The notes beneath the pieces are model-generated. The model saw nothing but the letters and a program-made list of their open reading frames with translations. It was not told where the DNA came from and did not search any database. A DNA stretch of 53,687 bases from a virus. Taxonomy: Duplodnaviria; Caudoviricetes. The DNA is taken from positions 1-53,687 of the IMG/VR virus record IMGVR_UViG_3300036827_000021. One strand, given 5' to 3'. Every line of letters begins with the position of its first letter. Within the stretch, counting starts at the first letter, position 1. Below, piece by piece: positions 17,149-26,364 of the stretch. The translations under genes and the position numbers were made by a program.

Positions 17149-17811
17149 TCACGCTGTCTGTCGGAACCACGAAGCATACCCGTAAATGGTACTGGTCTGC
17201 AAAGTACCTGGTGCAGCTGCTGCAGATGCGGCACCAGTCTCGTACAATGCTGAACTATAACTCTGAGCTGAAAGCGTGCCAGCAAACGTAATTCGTGGAT
17301 CGTGGAAGGCTAGGTAGCTGAGCGTGGCAGTAGTCGTCTGCCCTGTGAGCTTCTGGTACATACCTAGCCAGTACCTACCAGGAGGAATCGTCACAGGTGT
17401 ACCAAAAGTAGCAGACGCAAACAACGAGCCTGCAGACGCTGTAGTAAGGTCTAGCGCACCACAAGCTGTATCCAAACCAAGAATGGCTACACCAGACGGA
17501 AGGTTGTTTGCATCCGAAGCGTGTAGTGAGGGCGTAAGTTGCTGCGTCCCCGCAACACCAACGACCACAACCCACACGGCGAATTGGTCAATCGTCAACG
17601 ACTCGTATAGGTCGAAGGGAGTGTAGTGCTTTCGGTTGTTGCCAATACCGACTGTACCTGTAGTGCAGGGTGGGTGATTCTGCCTGTACCTACTTGCGCC
17701 CTTGGTTCGCCAAGTAGACAGTGTATCGATCTTCAGTTCAGCAGGTGAGTGCTCGCCATAGACACCCAGGCCACCAACTGTACCTCGAATCTTCGGCGTC
17801 ACAGGAACCAC
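17149..17811 (-). CDS. Hypothetical beta-rich virion/receptor-binding-like protein
   Basis: Thr/Gly/Ala-rich, with YTPF...VTIPPGRYWLG motifs like tail fibre C-terminal domains. Confidence 0.5.
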   Translation of the reverse strand: MVPVTPKIRGTVGGLGVYGEHSPAELKIDTLSTWRTKGASRYRQNHPPCTTGTVGIGNNRKHYTPFDLYESLTIDQFAVWVVVVGVAGTQQLTPSLHASDANNLPSGVAILGLDTACGALDLTTASAGSLFASATFGTPVTIPPGRYWLGMYQKLTGQTTTATLSYLAFHDPRITFAGTLSAQSYSSALYETGAASAAAAPGTLQTSTIYGYASWFRQTA

Positions 17812-18596
17812 GCTCCCACAGTCAGTCGACGGAAGTTGAGGACAATCGGAGTCGTGTTACCGTTCGTCTTGAAGTAGATGCGAGGCCACACAAGTCCAGG
17901 TGACATATCACCACCGGCTGCTCCACCAGTAATTGCACCGGTGATTGGCGTTGCCTTACCTCGACGAACCCACGCTTCTTGTCCTGAACGTCGCCGCCAA
18001 TCCCACGACATCATCTGGTATGCAAACCAGGCATCGTTTGCAGGTGTACGCCCGGGATCACGGAAGCGCGTAAGCACCATGCCAAAGTTCGTATGGTTCA
18101 AGTAGTTGACTGTGTTAGAGCTTGCAGGCCCAGGTAGGTTGGTCAGCTCAGAATAACCAGTACCAGCACCAGGGTTGTTGAACCTGAGGTTCATGGAACC
18201 ACTACCACCAGCGACATGTACAAAGTGCGCGCCCTTGGTAGGGTTAGTTCCAATGGGCTGATCGAAGAAGCCAAAGCGCCAGTTACCAAGCTGAGAACCC
18301 CACCAGGCATTCTCAAGGTAAAGTGCCACTGCCTGGATATTGGTGTCTGACAAGTCAACCTGACCGCCGTTGATCAGGCATCGCATATCAACGATCTTGT
18401 CAGAACCGGCACCTGGAGGAGTAGCAGAAGTGACAACTGCAAGCCCATTCGACACGGCTACTGTGTAGCCAGTATCTGAACCCGATGCAAGGTCTAGCCA
18501 ACTAGGCAACACATCCATGTCAGCAGCATCGAACACCTTTTCGGTGTACGAGTTGTGAGAGATCATCCAGCCACCAGCTGGATCGCGTAGCATCAT
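17799..18596 (-). CDS. Hypothetical beta-sandwich (lectin-like) protein
   Basis: Gly/Trp/Asn-rich, translationally coupled to its neighbours. Confidence 0.5.
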   Translation of the reverse strand: MMLRDPAGGWMISHNSYTEKVFDAADMDVLPSWLDLASGSDTGYTVAVSNGLAVVTSATPPGAGSDKIVDMRCLINGGQVDLSDTNIQAVALYLENAWWGSQLGNWRFGFFDQPIGTNPTKGAHFVHVAGGSGSMNLRFNNPGAGTGYSELTNLPGPASSNTVNYLNHTNFGMVLTRFRDPGRTPANDAWFAYQMMSWDWRRRSGQEAWVRRGKATPITGAITGGAAGGDMSPGLVWPRIYFKTNGNTTPIVLNFRRLTVGAWFL

Positions 18597-19936
18597 TAGC
18601 GCACCAACTTCAAGAGGCCGAAACGTCCCTGCTGTCCGCCGACGCGAATGCAGAAGTACAAGTCAGAGCCAACTGCAAGTGAACACACTTGCTGAGCCCT
18701 GTTGGGTACTGTTGGAGTTGTCGTACCCTCACCATCATGCGTGATGTCCAGTGTTGCGCCACCAAGTGTCGTAGACAGTGTCAAGGTATAACCATCACCG
18801 GACATAGTCTTTACGTAGTAGTTCACACCTGCTGTAATACCTGTAGCTGCTCCTACTGTATCAAACGTGATACGATCACCAGGACCTGTAACAAGCTGTC
18901 CTGAAACGTACACTGCATCTGTAGCAGCAGTGAACGTGCAGTATGTCTTACATTCCCAGTCCTGAATTGGAAGGTCAAGAAGTACAGGAGCACCAACGAA
19001 GGTGCGTAGGTCACGAGACATCTGCACTACGTAGAACTGAGCACCTGCCTGGTTGCCACCACCAGATGCCGTCGAGACACCGACAGCGACAATAGCCCAG
19101 ACACTGCCTCGCCACTGGAAGAGTTCGATGTTGCGGATCTTGAACGTGTTGGTCTGGTCGCTCAGGTACAAGCTCTGAGGGCCAATGCCTTGGTAGTCAG
19201 AGACCCACTGAATACCGTCAAGCGACGCTGCCAACGCAATGACACCGTTGCCACCCTGTCCAGTGTTGTGTACTGCATACAACGCAGCCCCAATACGGAA
19301 AGGCTTGAAGTACCCCACGTAGTTGCCATAGGTCGGCAATGCGTTGGGTAGTCCACCGATCATCACGTAAGGGCTTCCACAGGTAAAGCCATCAGTGGTC
19401 TGTACAGTCTTGACATCCTGATAGACACCCGCGCCTACCTGGTTGACGTACGAGAAGATGGCATAACCATCAGGAGGCACACCGACATAGTAAGCCGATG
19501 GCATTTCTGTCTGGTCGGCACCACCGTCTTGATAAATACGTCCTGATGTGCCCTTGTCAAGGCGCCAAGTCCAAGGTCCGAGGATATCGGGAGCTGACGC
19601 AATGTACAAGCCTGAGTTACCAGTACCACCAGCGTGGTCAGTACTACACAAGAATTCAAGCTCATCGAGTGCACTACTGCCAAACCATGCACGTGCAGGC
19701 AATAGATTCGGGCGAGTGATCGAGTCGTTGCGCAGATCTGTCCAGTCGAGGATAGGGTTAGGTCCACCAACAGTGTGCGAAGGTAGCCACTCGAACGATG
19801 GATAGTCGTACGCGGCAGTCAAGTCCTGAACGGCACTGAGCGATCGAACACCAACTAGCGGGTCGACTGCAATCTGTGCAGAGACTTCCTCTTCCAGCTG
19901 GGTGATCGTTACGCCGACAGGATCAAGCAGGCCCAT
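18596..19936 (-). CDS. Putative beta-propeller glycoside-hydrolase-like virion protein
   Basis: STDH...GLYIASAPDILGPWT, QTEMPS, TTDGFT and SLDGIQW (Asp-box-like), plus an inserted GITAGVNYYV...LSTTLGG module. Confidence 0.55.
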   Translation of the reverse strand: MGLLDPVGVTITQLEEEVSAQIAVDPLVGVRSLSAVQDLTAAYDYPSFEWLPSHTVGGPNPILDWTDLRNDSITRPNLLPARAWFGSSALDELEFLCSTDHAGGTGNSGLYIASAPDILGPWTWRLDKGTSGRIYQDGGADQTEMPSAYYVGVPPDGYAIFSYVNQVGAGVYQDVKTVQTTDGFTCGSPYVMIGGLPNALPTYGNYVGYFKPFRIGAALYAVHNTGQGGNGVIALAASLDGIQWVSDYQGIGPQSLYLSDQTNTFKIRNIELFQWRGSVWAIVAVGVSTASGGGNQAGAQFYVVQMSRDLRTFVGAPVLLDLPIQDWECKTYCTFTAATDAVYVSGQLVTGPGDRITFDTVGAATGITAGVNYYVKTMSGDGYTLTLSTTLGGATLDITHDGEGTTTPTVPNRAQQVCSLAVGSDLYFCIRVGGQQGRFGLLKLVR

Positions 19937-20517
19937 TAGGTCACCACAATCGCTGGTCGGAATGTTACTGCACCTGAGGTTGCATCACGAGTGACTGTGG
20001 GCTGTGTATACGTAGTAGTCACAGCATCGAGGATATGCGTAACTGTATAACTGTCAATCGTTCCAGGCGCTACAGTAGATTCGACACCTACGAATGATCC
20101 AGTAGCACCATCAGGAGGCCAGATCACGTCGAATGCTGTTGCACCCCCACTCTCGCCCAGTGTCGTACCACGTGTGATTGCTCCCACAGCCATCAGGTCA
20201 GGTGAGGATCCCCAGATCATGAGCTGCGCAGCAAAGATAGGCACTGGGATGTAAGCGCCAGCAGCTGCATTGTACACAAGTACAGTGTCGTCGTCAGGTT
20301 CCTCAACGGAGTAGACAATGACTTCTCGATACGCTGGCATCTCTGGATCGCCAGCACCAATGTGTCCTGAGTCTGTTGCATACCCAGATCGGAGCAGCGG
20401 AATGTAGTACGGCGATGTAATAGCAATCTCGTCCCCTGAATGGAACATAGTATTGCTACCGAAGATGTACACAGTGACATCGGAGACCACAATGATGGTA
20501 TCGGGAGGCGTAGGCAT
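19936..20517 (-). CDS. Minor tail/fibre adaptor-like protein
   Basis: PDL...GAITR...VIWPPDG..G...PGTIDSYTVT...TYTQPTVTRD.TSGAVTFRPA resembles a domain I recall from actinophage minor tail proteins. Confidence 0.55.
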   Translation of the reverse strand: MPTPPDTIIVVSDVTVYIFGSNTMFHSGDEIAITSPYYIPLLRSGYATDSGHIGAGDPEMPAYREVIVYSVEEPDDDTVLVYNAAAGAYIPVPIFAAQLMIWGSSPDLMAVGAITRGTTLGESGGATAFDVIWPPDGATGSFVGVESTVAPGTIDSYTVTHILDAVTTTYTQPTVTRDATSGAVTFRPAIVVT

Positions 20518-20518
20518 A

Positions 20519-20926
20519 CTACCGCAGCTCCTTGATCACGCATGCTCGTAGTTCCGGCAAGGAAGCGTTCGGGGCACGGTTGGCACAGACCACAGAGGCT
20601 AGGATTGTAGAATCCAGGTGAGTATCAACGATGGAGATGATCTTCGCCTGGTTGGCCTGCCCACGTTGGTAGCAAGCCTGCCCTGGAGTTGTACAACTCG
20701 AAATCAGCTGTAGGATTTTGGCACCATTGTCTAGCTTCTGCTGTGTAGTGTCTGTGTTGGACTGCTGACGCGTAGCAATCACGATCACTGTGATCACCAG
20801 ACCAAGCTCCAGCAGAGCACGTGCAACATTGATCAGTACACGCGAGCGACTTTCAAACCTGTCAGCCCTGGCTGCCTTGTCTGACTGCGTGCTGTGGTTC
20901 TTGTCACTACTAGGCATGCTCATCAT
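20519..20926 (-). CDS. Membrane protein with one TM helix and extracytoplasmic Cys pairs (lysis-accessory-like)
   Basis: TM segment LLELGLVITVIVIA; ISSCTTPGQACYQRG and VVCA...ACV. Confidence 0.55.
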   Translation of the reverse strand: MMSMPSSDKNHSTQSDKAARADRFESRSRVLINVARALLELGLVITVIVIATRQQSNTDTTQQKLDNGAKILQLISSCTTPGQACYQRGQANQAKIISIVDTHLDSTILASVVCANRAPNASLPELRACVIKELR

Positions 20927-21263
20927 CCTCTAGATGTTGCAGCATCATGTTCTGTATGTCCTTACCACGCTGATCCATCGTATGCAGAATAGAAGCGATC
21001 TCATGCAGTTCTTGCTTGCCTGTCACCATGTCATTCAGATGATCGATCACTGCCGCCTGCTCCTTCTGCTTCTGCTGCGCCTCGTCGAAGTCTTCCTTCA
21101 GCTTCGTGTGCCTGTTGGTTGCGTCGGTAAGGTCGCCTCGTAGTGCCTCGATCCTGCTCTTAGTGGCTGCGCCCTTGTAGTAGCCTGCAGCACCTACGAC
21201 CAACGACAGGACGGTGAAGATCAGAAGGACAAACCCGAGAACCCCTTCGACCTGAATGTCCAC
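20910..21263 (-). CDS. Membrane protein with N-terminal TM helix and coiled coil (holin/lysis-accessory-like)
   Basis: VLGFVLLIFTVLSLVVGAAG followed by a heptad-rich region. Confidence 0.55.
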   Translation of the reverse strand: MDIQVEGVLGFVLLIFTVLSLVVGAAGYYKGAATKSRIEALRGDLTDATNRHTKLKEDFDEAQQKQKEQAAVIDHLNDMVTGKQELHEIASILHTMDQRGKDIQNMMLQHLEDDEHA

Positions 21264-22855
21264 TACTTGCCTCCGCTACGATCAGTACCAGCGTTGCCGT
21301 TTGGCGTACCCTGTGGCGGCAGAGGCTGCTGTCGAGTACCACCAGCAATGGCACCCTTCTGCTTGGCATTACCCCCTTCCTCATCAACCTCACCGACGTA
21401 GCCTGCAGGAACTGGCGGGAAGCCCAAGCCCTGGTTCTTGGCGTCTTGGGGGTTGACAAGACGTGCAGTCTTGGTATCTGCTGGAGGAAGATCCATTACC
21501 TCGCGAGCCTCATCCTCAAGCTTGTCGTCGGGACGAATAACGCCAGCACCAACAAGGTTACGAACGGTGAACGACCAAGTACGCTGTTCCTCTTCCTCAC
21601 CAATCTTGCGTGCAATGAGTTCAGGCATGCTTGCACGCTTATAGTTCGCTTCTACAAGCTGAGGAATGCAGTAGGCATTGAACGTGTTCGACACAGAGTT
21701 GGCCAAGAAGCGTGTGGCCTTGGTGAATACGATCTGCTTCTCCTTGACAGCAGTACCCGTATCGGTAGAGAACTCCGACAAGATGTTCTCACGTATGGCA
21801 TCATCGTGCATCACGATCGAAGCCTGAACGTCAACAGGATGACCCTGCAGCTCAAGCATCATGATCTCCCAGTTGGGAGGGAGGACTACGTGAGCCTTCT
21901 CGTTCGTTCGAAGGTTCCTACCCAGGTCGTCTGCGTCAGTGCGGTCCTGCGGACCAAAGCCTGGAGGGAGCTTGATGATAGGGATACCGACACTGTGCCG
22001 TTCCTTCTGAATGGCATCAATCCGGTAAAGCACATCCTTGTAGTACCAGTGCTTGTAGGCAGAACGTAGCACAGAGATACCACACATATCACCCGCTTCG
22101 CGATCGAACGTAAAGGTCAGTAGCTTGTCGATCGGGATGACGACATTCTCGCCGCTAAGGTCATTAGGTGGGAACACAACTGCATCAGGCCCACCATTGG
22201 TGTCGTAGAGCCACTCGACTACATCACCTGGATGGCGAGGTGCAAGCTTTCGAAGACCGAGGATCTCCTTACCGTTGGGCATGGTCAGGTAATCCCAGAC
22301 CATCTCGAACATGTAGTAGCCGTAGTCAGCCATCAGCATGGCCTCTTGCAGAACCTGCTGCCAGGTAATCGTCATACCCTTGCTCAGGTTCCACCAGACC
22401 ATGTCTGCAGCATTGACGTCGATAGTCTTGGTGTGGTCGAAAGGCCTACAGCGCCAGCGAGCATCGAGAACTGGTGTCTTCACCTTCCTCAACGTGCCAC
22501 GAACTACTCCGTCGCTGCGTCGCATCTCGTTGTACTTGCGGATGCCTTCACGTCCGAACAGCTGTGGGTTGTACTCTCGTCGCCACCAACTTGTGTAGGC
22601 GTTGGGCGAAGAGCTGCCAAGTTCATAGTAAGGCACCACGTTTGTATCAGATTCCGCCAACTGGACGGTGTTACGTGCAACTTCAGTTCCACTACCAGGT
22701 TCGCTGACGACAAGGTACTTGCTCCCCTCCTGTGTTTCCGCTACGGAAACAACCTCGTAACGCTGAAGGAGCTCTGCAGGTGTAACAAGAGGCACCTTCT
22801 TCATGTCAACTTCACGCAGTTTCGACAAGTCAGGTGTACGACCGAACAGCTTCAC
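21263..22855 (-). CDS. Portal protein (Mu gp29/DUF935-like)
   Basis: YNEMRRSDGVV...YGYYMFEMVW...GISVLRSAYKHWYYK...ERHSVGIP, directly after TerL. Confidence 0.9.
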   Translation of the reverse strand: MKLFGRTPDLSKLREVDMKKVPLVTPAELLQRYEVVSVAETQEGSKYLVVSEPGSGTEVARNTVQLAESDTNVVPYYELGSSSPNAYTSWWRREYNPQLFGREGIRKYNEMRRSDGVVRGTLRKVKTPVLDARWRCRPFDHTKTIDVNAADMVWWNLSKGMTITWQQVLQEAMLMADYGYYMFEMVWDYLTMPNGKEILGLRKLAPRHPGDVVEWLYDTNGGPDAVVFPPNDLSGENVVIPIDKLLTFTFDREAGDMCGISVLRSAYKHWYYKDVLYRIDAIQKERHSVGIPIIKLPPGFGPQDRTDADDLGRNLRTNEKAHVVLPPNWEIMMLELQGHPVDVQASIVMHDDAIRENILSEFSTDTGTAVKEKQIVFTKATRFLANSVSNTFNAYCIPQLVEANYKRASMPELIARKIGEEEEQRTWSFTVRNLVGAGVIRPDDKLEDEAREVMDLPPADTKTARLVNPQDAKNQGLGFPPVPAGYVGEVDEEGGNAKQKGAIAGGTRQQPLPPQGTPNGNAGTDRSGGK

Positions 22856-24318
22856 TAGAATCGTACTCCTTCAAAGTTGCCTGTGTTGGTGAAGTAGCCA
22901 GTATCGGAGGCGGCAAGGGAGATTCCTGCAGCACCAACCAGGGACTTGTTACTGTTTGCCCTGTCAGAATTGAGCTCCATGACGTCGGCAAGGTGGTAAG
23001 TAGCACCCAAAGTGAAGACGTGCACCAAGCCATAGCGGATTGCATCCATTGCGTGGTCTGCCATCTTCTGACCCATCTCAGGAACATTCATCCCCTTAGG
23101 GCTTTCCTTGGACTTGTAGTTGTTGAATTCCTTGATGGTGTTCACACAACTGTGGTCAACATGTAGGGCAGGCTTGTATATAGGGCCACCAAACTCGTCC
23201 TCGCCGTCTTCTCGCTCCATGAAGCTACGTACCAGGTCTATCCCGTCGCGCCAGTTTTCCTTGGCCTCCGGCATCGCGATGCAAGGAACCAGTTTTTGCG
23301 AAACAGTGACCGCTGCTTCGGGATCTGCCGCGTCGCCAAACGCCAGATCAAGGTGGTATCCGGCAGGTTGCTCCCTTTGCTTGAGTTCCTTGCAGTGGTC
23401 TTCGACCCTCGTGAACGACTTGTAGTGCTCCCGCCAGATGTAGATCTCGTCCGATGGGCTGATTTGGAACTCAATCGCGGCAAGGGGGTTGGTATATCCC
23501 CAGTCGAAAGCGATGTAGTTCCGCCACATTGGGTTGAAGTTGACCTTTTCGACATGCCTTGTCAAGTCCCATTCTGGGTAGATTTTGCCGACAAAGGAAC
23601 CGAACTCTGCGCCAATCTCCTGAAGGAACGCCTCAGGAGGCATGGTCTTCTGGAGCAGCTTGATCTCATCCTCGTCCTTTCCGTTCGGGAAAAGGTGCAC
23701 ATTTGACCAAGACGGGAAGATCCAGCTCTCGTATTCCGGTATATCGGGGTTCTGCCCAAGCATCCAGAGGTCGTAAAGCCAGTTGTAACCCTCTGGTGTG
23801 GTGGGGAAGTCAGCAGTACCTCGGAAGTCTGCCAATGCTGGCTGAATGAACCGCGACCATGTATCAGGGTTGTGCTTCGCGGCCTCAGACATGATCGCAT
23901 GATGCAAACCATCACCGACCAGGTTCTCTGGGTGCTGGGCTGACCTTACTTCGACCCTCGAGCCCCAAGGGAACTCGATGAACATGACGCCTTGCTTCTT
24001 GTTGTACGAACGCTTGACGCCCTTCTTCGTGCCCATACGAGCCTTGACAATGATGTCGTTCCAGATAACACGGAACTCCTTCTCGCCAAGGTCGTAGGTA
24101 GGGCCGACAATCCACGTCAGTCGGTTCTTCATCCCGAAGAGCTTGGGCTCCTCATCACGTGCAGACATCGTACTCTTGCCGAAGCGTCGACCGCAATTGG
24201 CAAGGCGGAAGCGTGCCTGAGAGGCATGGAAGAGGTCTTGGCCAGCATGAGGTCGGTAGCCGATGTTCTTGAAGAACGCGTACTTGTCAATGCGTTCGAT
24301 GCCTGCAATGCTTGTCAT
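22855..24318 (-). CDS. terL: Terminase large subunit
   Basis: PHAGQ, Walker A CGRRFGKS, WIVGPTY, AIMSEAA, TTPEG, nuclease DWGYTNP and DHAMDAIRY. Confidence 0.95.
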   Translation of the reverse strand: MTSIAGIERIDKYAFFKNIGYRPHAGQDLFHASQARFRLANCGRRFGKSTMSARDEEPKLFGMKNRLTWIVGPTYDLGEKEFRVIWNDIIVKARMGTKKGVKRSYNKKQGVMFIEFPWGSRVEVRSAQHPENLVGDGLHHAIMSEAAKHNPDTWSRFIQPALADFRGTADFPTTPEGYNWLYDLWMLGQNPDIPEYESWIFPSWSNVHLFPNGKDEDEIKLLQKTMPPEAFLQEIGAEFGSFVGKIYPEWDLTRHVEKVNFNPMWRNYIAFDWGYTNPLAAIEFQISPSDEIYIWREHYKSFTRVEDHCKELKQREQPAGYHLDLAFGDAADPEAAVTVSQKLVPCIAMPEAKENWRDGIDLVRSFMEREDGEDEFGGPIYKPALHVDHSCVNTIKEFNNYKSKESPKGMNVPEMGQKMADHAMDAIRYGLVHVFTLGATYHLADVMELNSDRANSNKSLVGAAGISLAASDTGYFTNTGNFEGVRF

Positions 24319-24381
24319 AGCCACCCCCTCCTAGACGAAGTTGAGACACCGGTCCGTGCGACTCTACAGCACCACACGGGC

Positions 24382-24672
24382 CTAGTACGAGGGGGTGCCT
24401 GGACCAGCTTGTGCGAAGTACGCGTTGGTGTCCTTCTGACCAGTTGCGGCAGGCACGTTGTCGATGATCTGACTCGACCCACCCAGTGCGCCACCAGTGG
24501 TCACGTGAGGAAGGCGAAGCTTGAGCCCCGAAGCTGTGCCCTGCCCAAGCACGATTGCGTTGTGACTCTTGCCCTGAGCATCACGGTACTTGACCGTCAT
24601 CTGTCCCGATGTGCGTCGCGTGCCTGCACGGTTGGCAACCTCGTCACGATCGTGTAGGTCCTGAAGTGGCAT
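24382..24672 (-). CDS. Hypothetical protein between terS and terL
   Basis: 96-aa ORF with plausible SD and tight packing. Confidence 0.55.
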   Translation of the reverse strand: MPLQDLHDRDEVANRAGTRRTSGQMTVKYRDAQGKSHNAIVLGQGTASGLKLRLPHVTTGGALGGSSQIIDNVPAATGQKDTNAYFAQAGPGTPSY

Positions 24673-24674
24673 CG

Positions 24675-25022
24675 TCAGTTACCTGCTTCCTTGTTGGCGT
24701 ACGCTTCCACGTCCTTGATCGTGCCCCTGAGGAGGAGCTCGACTGGGTCAACTTCACCTTCACCGTCGTCGCCGATCTTGCCAAGCAGACGGTCGATGAT
24801 GTACTTGCTTGCGTCAAGGCGCACTCGACTGGACTCGCCATACTGCGCAACGTGAACGATTGCTACAGCGGCTGCCGGTCCCGCCTCTCGAAGTACGCGA
24901 CGCGCACGAGCTTCGTCAGTCTCATCGGGGTGCATTTGCGCTTCGAGCATCATCGCTTCCTGCGCATCTTCAGGGAGCCAAGCCTTCATTCCGGCTGTTT
25001 CCTGCTCTTCGCTTCCGGACAT
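24675..25022 (-). CDS. Probable terminase small subunit
   Basis: First gene of the late operon; helical AAAVAIV..AQYGESSRVRLDASKYIIDR.LGK resembles small-terminase-like proteins. Confidence 0.55.
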   Translation of the reverse strand: MSGSEEQETAGMKAWLPEDAQEAMMLEAQMHPDETDEARARRVLREAGPAAAVAIVHVAQYGESSRVRLDASKYIIDRLLGKIGDDGEGEVDPVELLLRGTIKDVEAYANKEAGN

Positions 25023-25161
25023 TGCTCGTTTCACCCCTTATATAACTAGTATGGGCCGCGATCCCCTATTGTGAGGCTTTCCATTTCTGAAACCACTACC
25101 TTCATTCTATAGGGGCACATAGCTGGAACCGCTAGGTAAGGTATATAACAGCAACACTTTT

Positions 25162-25207
25162 TCCATCGTGAATTACGAGGGAATTGGTTGCCTGAGTTCA
25201 CGATGGA
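25162..25207. repeat. 11-bp perfect inverted repeat with 24-nt spacer upstream of terS
   Basis: TCCATCGTGAA (25162-25172) and TTCACGATGGA (25197-25207). Confidence 0.75.
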
Positions 25208-25228
25208 CCCACGGGAGCTAGAAAAGAT

Positions 25229-25300
25229 CTTAAAAAAACTATATTATTGTTTTATAAATAAATAAATAATAAATAAATAAAAATAAATTTACTACTAACT
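25229..25300. repeat. Extremely AT-rich tract with (AAAT)n repeats
   Basis: TTAAAAAAACTATATTATTGTTTTATAAATAAATAAATAATAAATAAATAAAAATAAATTT in an otherwise GC-balanced genome. Confidence 0.85.
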
Positions 25301-25489
25301 GAAGGAGAAAACAAGTCTGGCTAAATTACCGGTAATACCTCACTCCTACCATCAGGGTAGTTGATAACTACATAGCGTGCGAGTAGCGGCCAACCCCTTC
25401 TCTAACATCAGGGTTGCGTTCGACTCTACGAGGCGAGCGCTTCCCTGACCCACTCCATAAGAGGGTGGGCGAAACAGAAGGGGCCTATC

Positions 25490-25807
25490 ATGGCCGAGAA
25501 CACCAACACCGCAGCGACCGAGACCGTCGAGGTTCCGGAGACGGTGACGTACAGCGTGGCGGCTCGCCTCACCCGCGAGGCATTGCGGGAGAACGGGATC
25601 ACCGACACCAACGTTCCGCCGCAGATGATGTACAACTACACCATCGCCCGGATCCGCGCGAACAAGAAGCCGTTCATCCAGACCGTGCAGGTCGAGCGCA
25701 CGGTGGACGGTAAGGTCGAGATGAAGACGGAGCTCCTCATGACGAGCTTCACCGAGTGGTTGGGCCGCTACATCAACAAGAAGGTCGCGTTGAGCTACAC
25801 CAAGTAG
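25490..25807 (+). CDS. Early putative DNA-binding protein (PPQMxY HTH-like family)
   Basis: Hairpin plus AACAGAAGGG leader; NVPPQMMYNY motif shared with 33730-34287. Confidence 0.65.
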   Translation: MAENTNTAATETVEVPETVTYSVAARLTREALRENGITDTNVPPQMMYNYTIARIRANKKPFIQTVQVERTVDGKVEMKTELLMTSFTEWLGRYINKKVALSYTK

Positions 25808-25894
25808 CAGCGGCAGGGTTGGACCGGGGTGAGAGCGCCCCGGTCCTTCCCCGCCCTTACTACGAGGTAAGGGGAAACAGAAGGGAGTGTCCAC

Positions 25895-26005
25895 ATGGAC
25901 ACCGAGGCAATCATCGCAGTCAAGACCCTGTGGGAAGCGGGTCTTATCTCCCTCGAGGAGATGAGGGCCGCTATCCGCCGGATCACGAGTGAGGGGGTCA
26001 ACTGA
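25895..26005 (+). CDS. Small 36-aa SHOCT-like protein (not in the ORF track)
   Basis: MDTEAIIAVKTLWEAGLISLEEMRAAIRRITSEGVN*, preceded by the same hairpin plus AACAGAAGGG leader. Confidence 0.6.
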   Translation: MDTEAIIAVKTLWEAGLISLEEMRAAIRRITSEGVN

Positions 26006-26007
26006 CC

Positions 26008-26337
26008 ATGGCGTTCGATGCAGAGGAGTTCCTGGCCCGCAAGGTCAGAGAACAAGGGTCGCTGTCGACACCGTCGAAGCGTCAGAACCGCAATCGGTCG
26101 GGACGTGCGGGTCGCCGAGCAGCACTAGCGCGGGTGACCATCGGGCGAGTGTCCGAGGTCGCGGCCATCTATGATGGTCCGGACCGGTACGTCTACACTG
26201 AAGAGAACGGCCCGCCGCCCTCAATGGTGGAGGTGATCGATCGAGACCTCCAGGTCGTGTACACCTTCGGCGCGACCGTGCAGCCCTACAACCCACAGGG
26301 CCCGTATGGATACGTGGGGAGGCCGCCCGCAGTGTAA
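26008..26337 (+). CDS. Hypothetical early protein
   Basis: SD GAGGGGG upstream, phage-like codon usage. Confidence 0.6.
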   Translation: MAFDAEEFLARKVREQGSLSTPSKRQNRNRSGRAGRRAALARVTIGRVSEVAAIYDGPDRYVYTEENGPPPSMVEVIDRDLQVVYTFGATVQPYNPQGPYGYVGRPPAV

Positions 26338-26364
26338 GCGCGTGACCGCGATAGCCCGAGTGAC

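Noticed and set aside
17149-20517. One large tail-fibre gene broken by frameshifts
   Set aside because: The junctions are typical coupled overlaps (TAATG and short overlaps), consistent with separate genes.
1332-25049. Many plus-strand ORFs across the structural arm (e.g. 11056-11922, 15833-16516)
   Set aside because: They are antisense to well-supported virion genes and show no recognisable motifs.
25352-25894. 180-aa minus-strand ORF, and similar ones at 28410-29108, 33616-34290 and 43835-44515
   Set aside because: They are mirror frames of GC3-rich plus-strand genes that have clear SD sequences.
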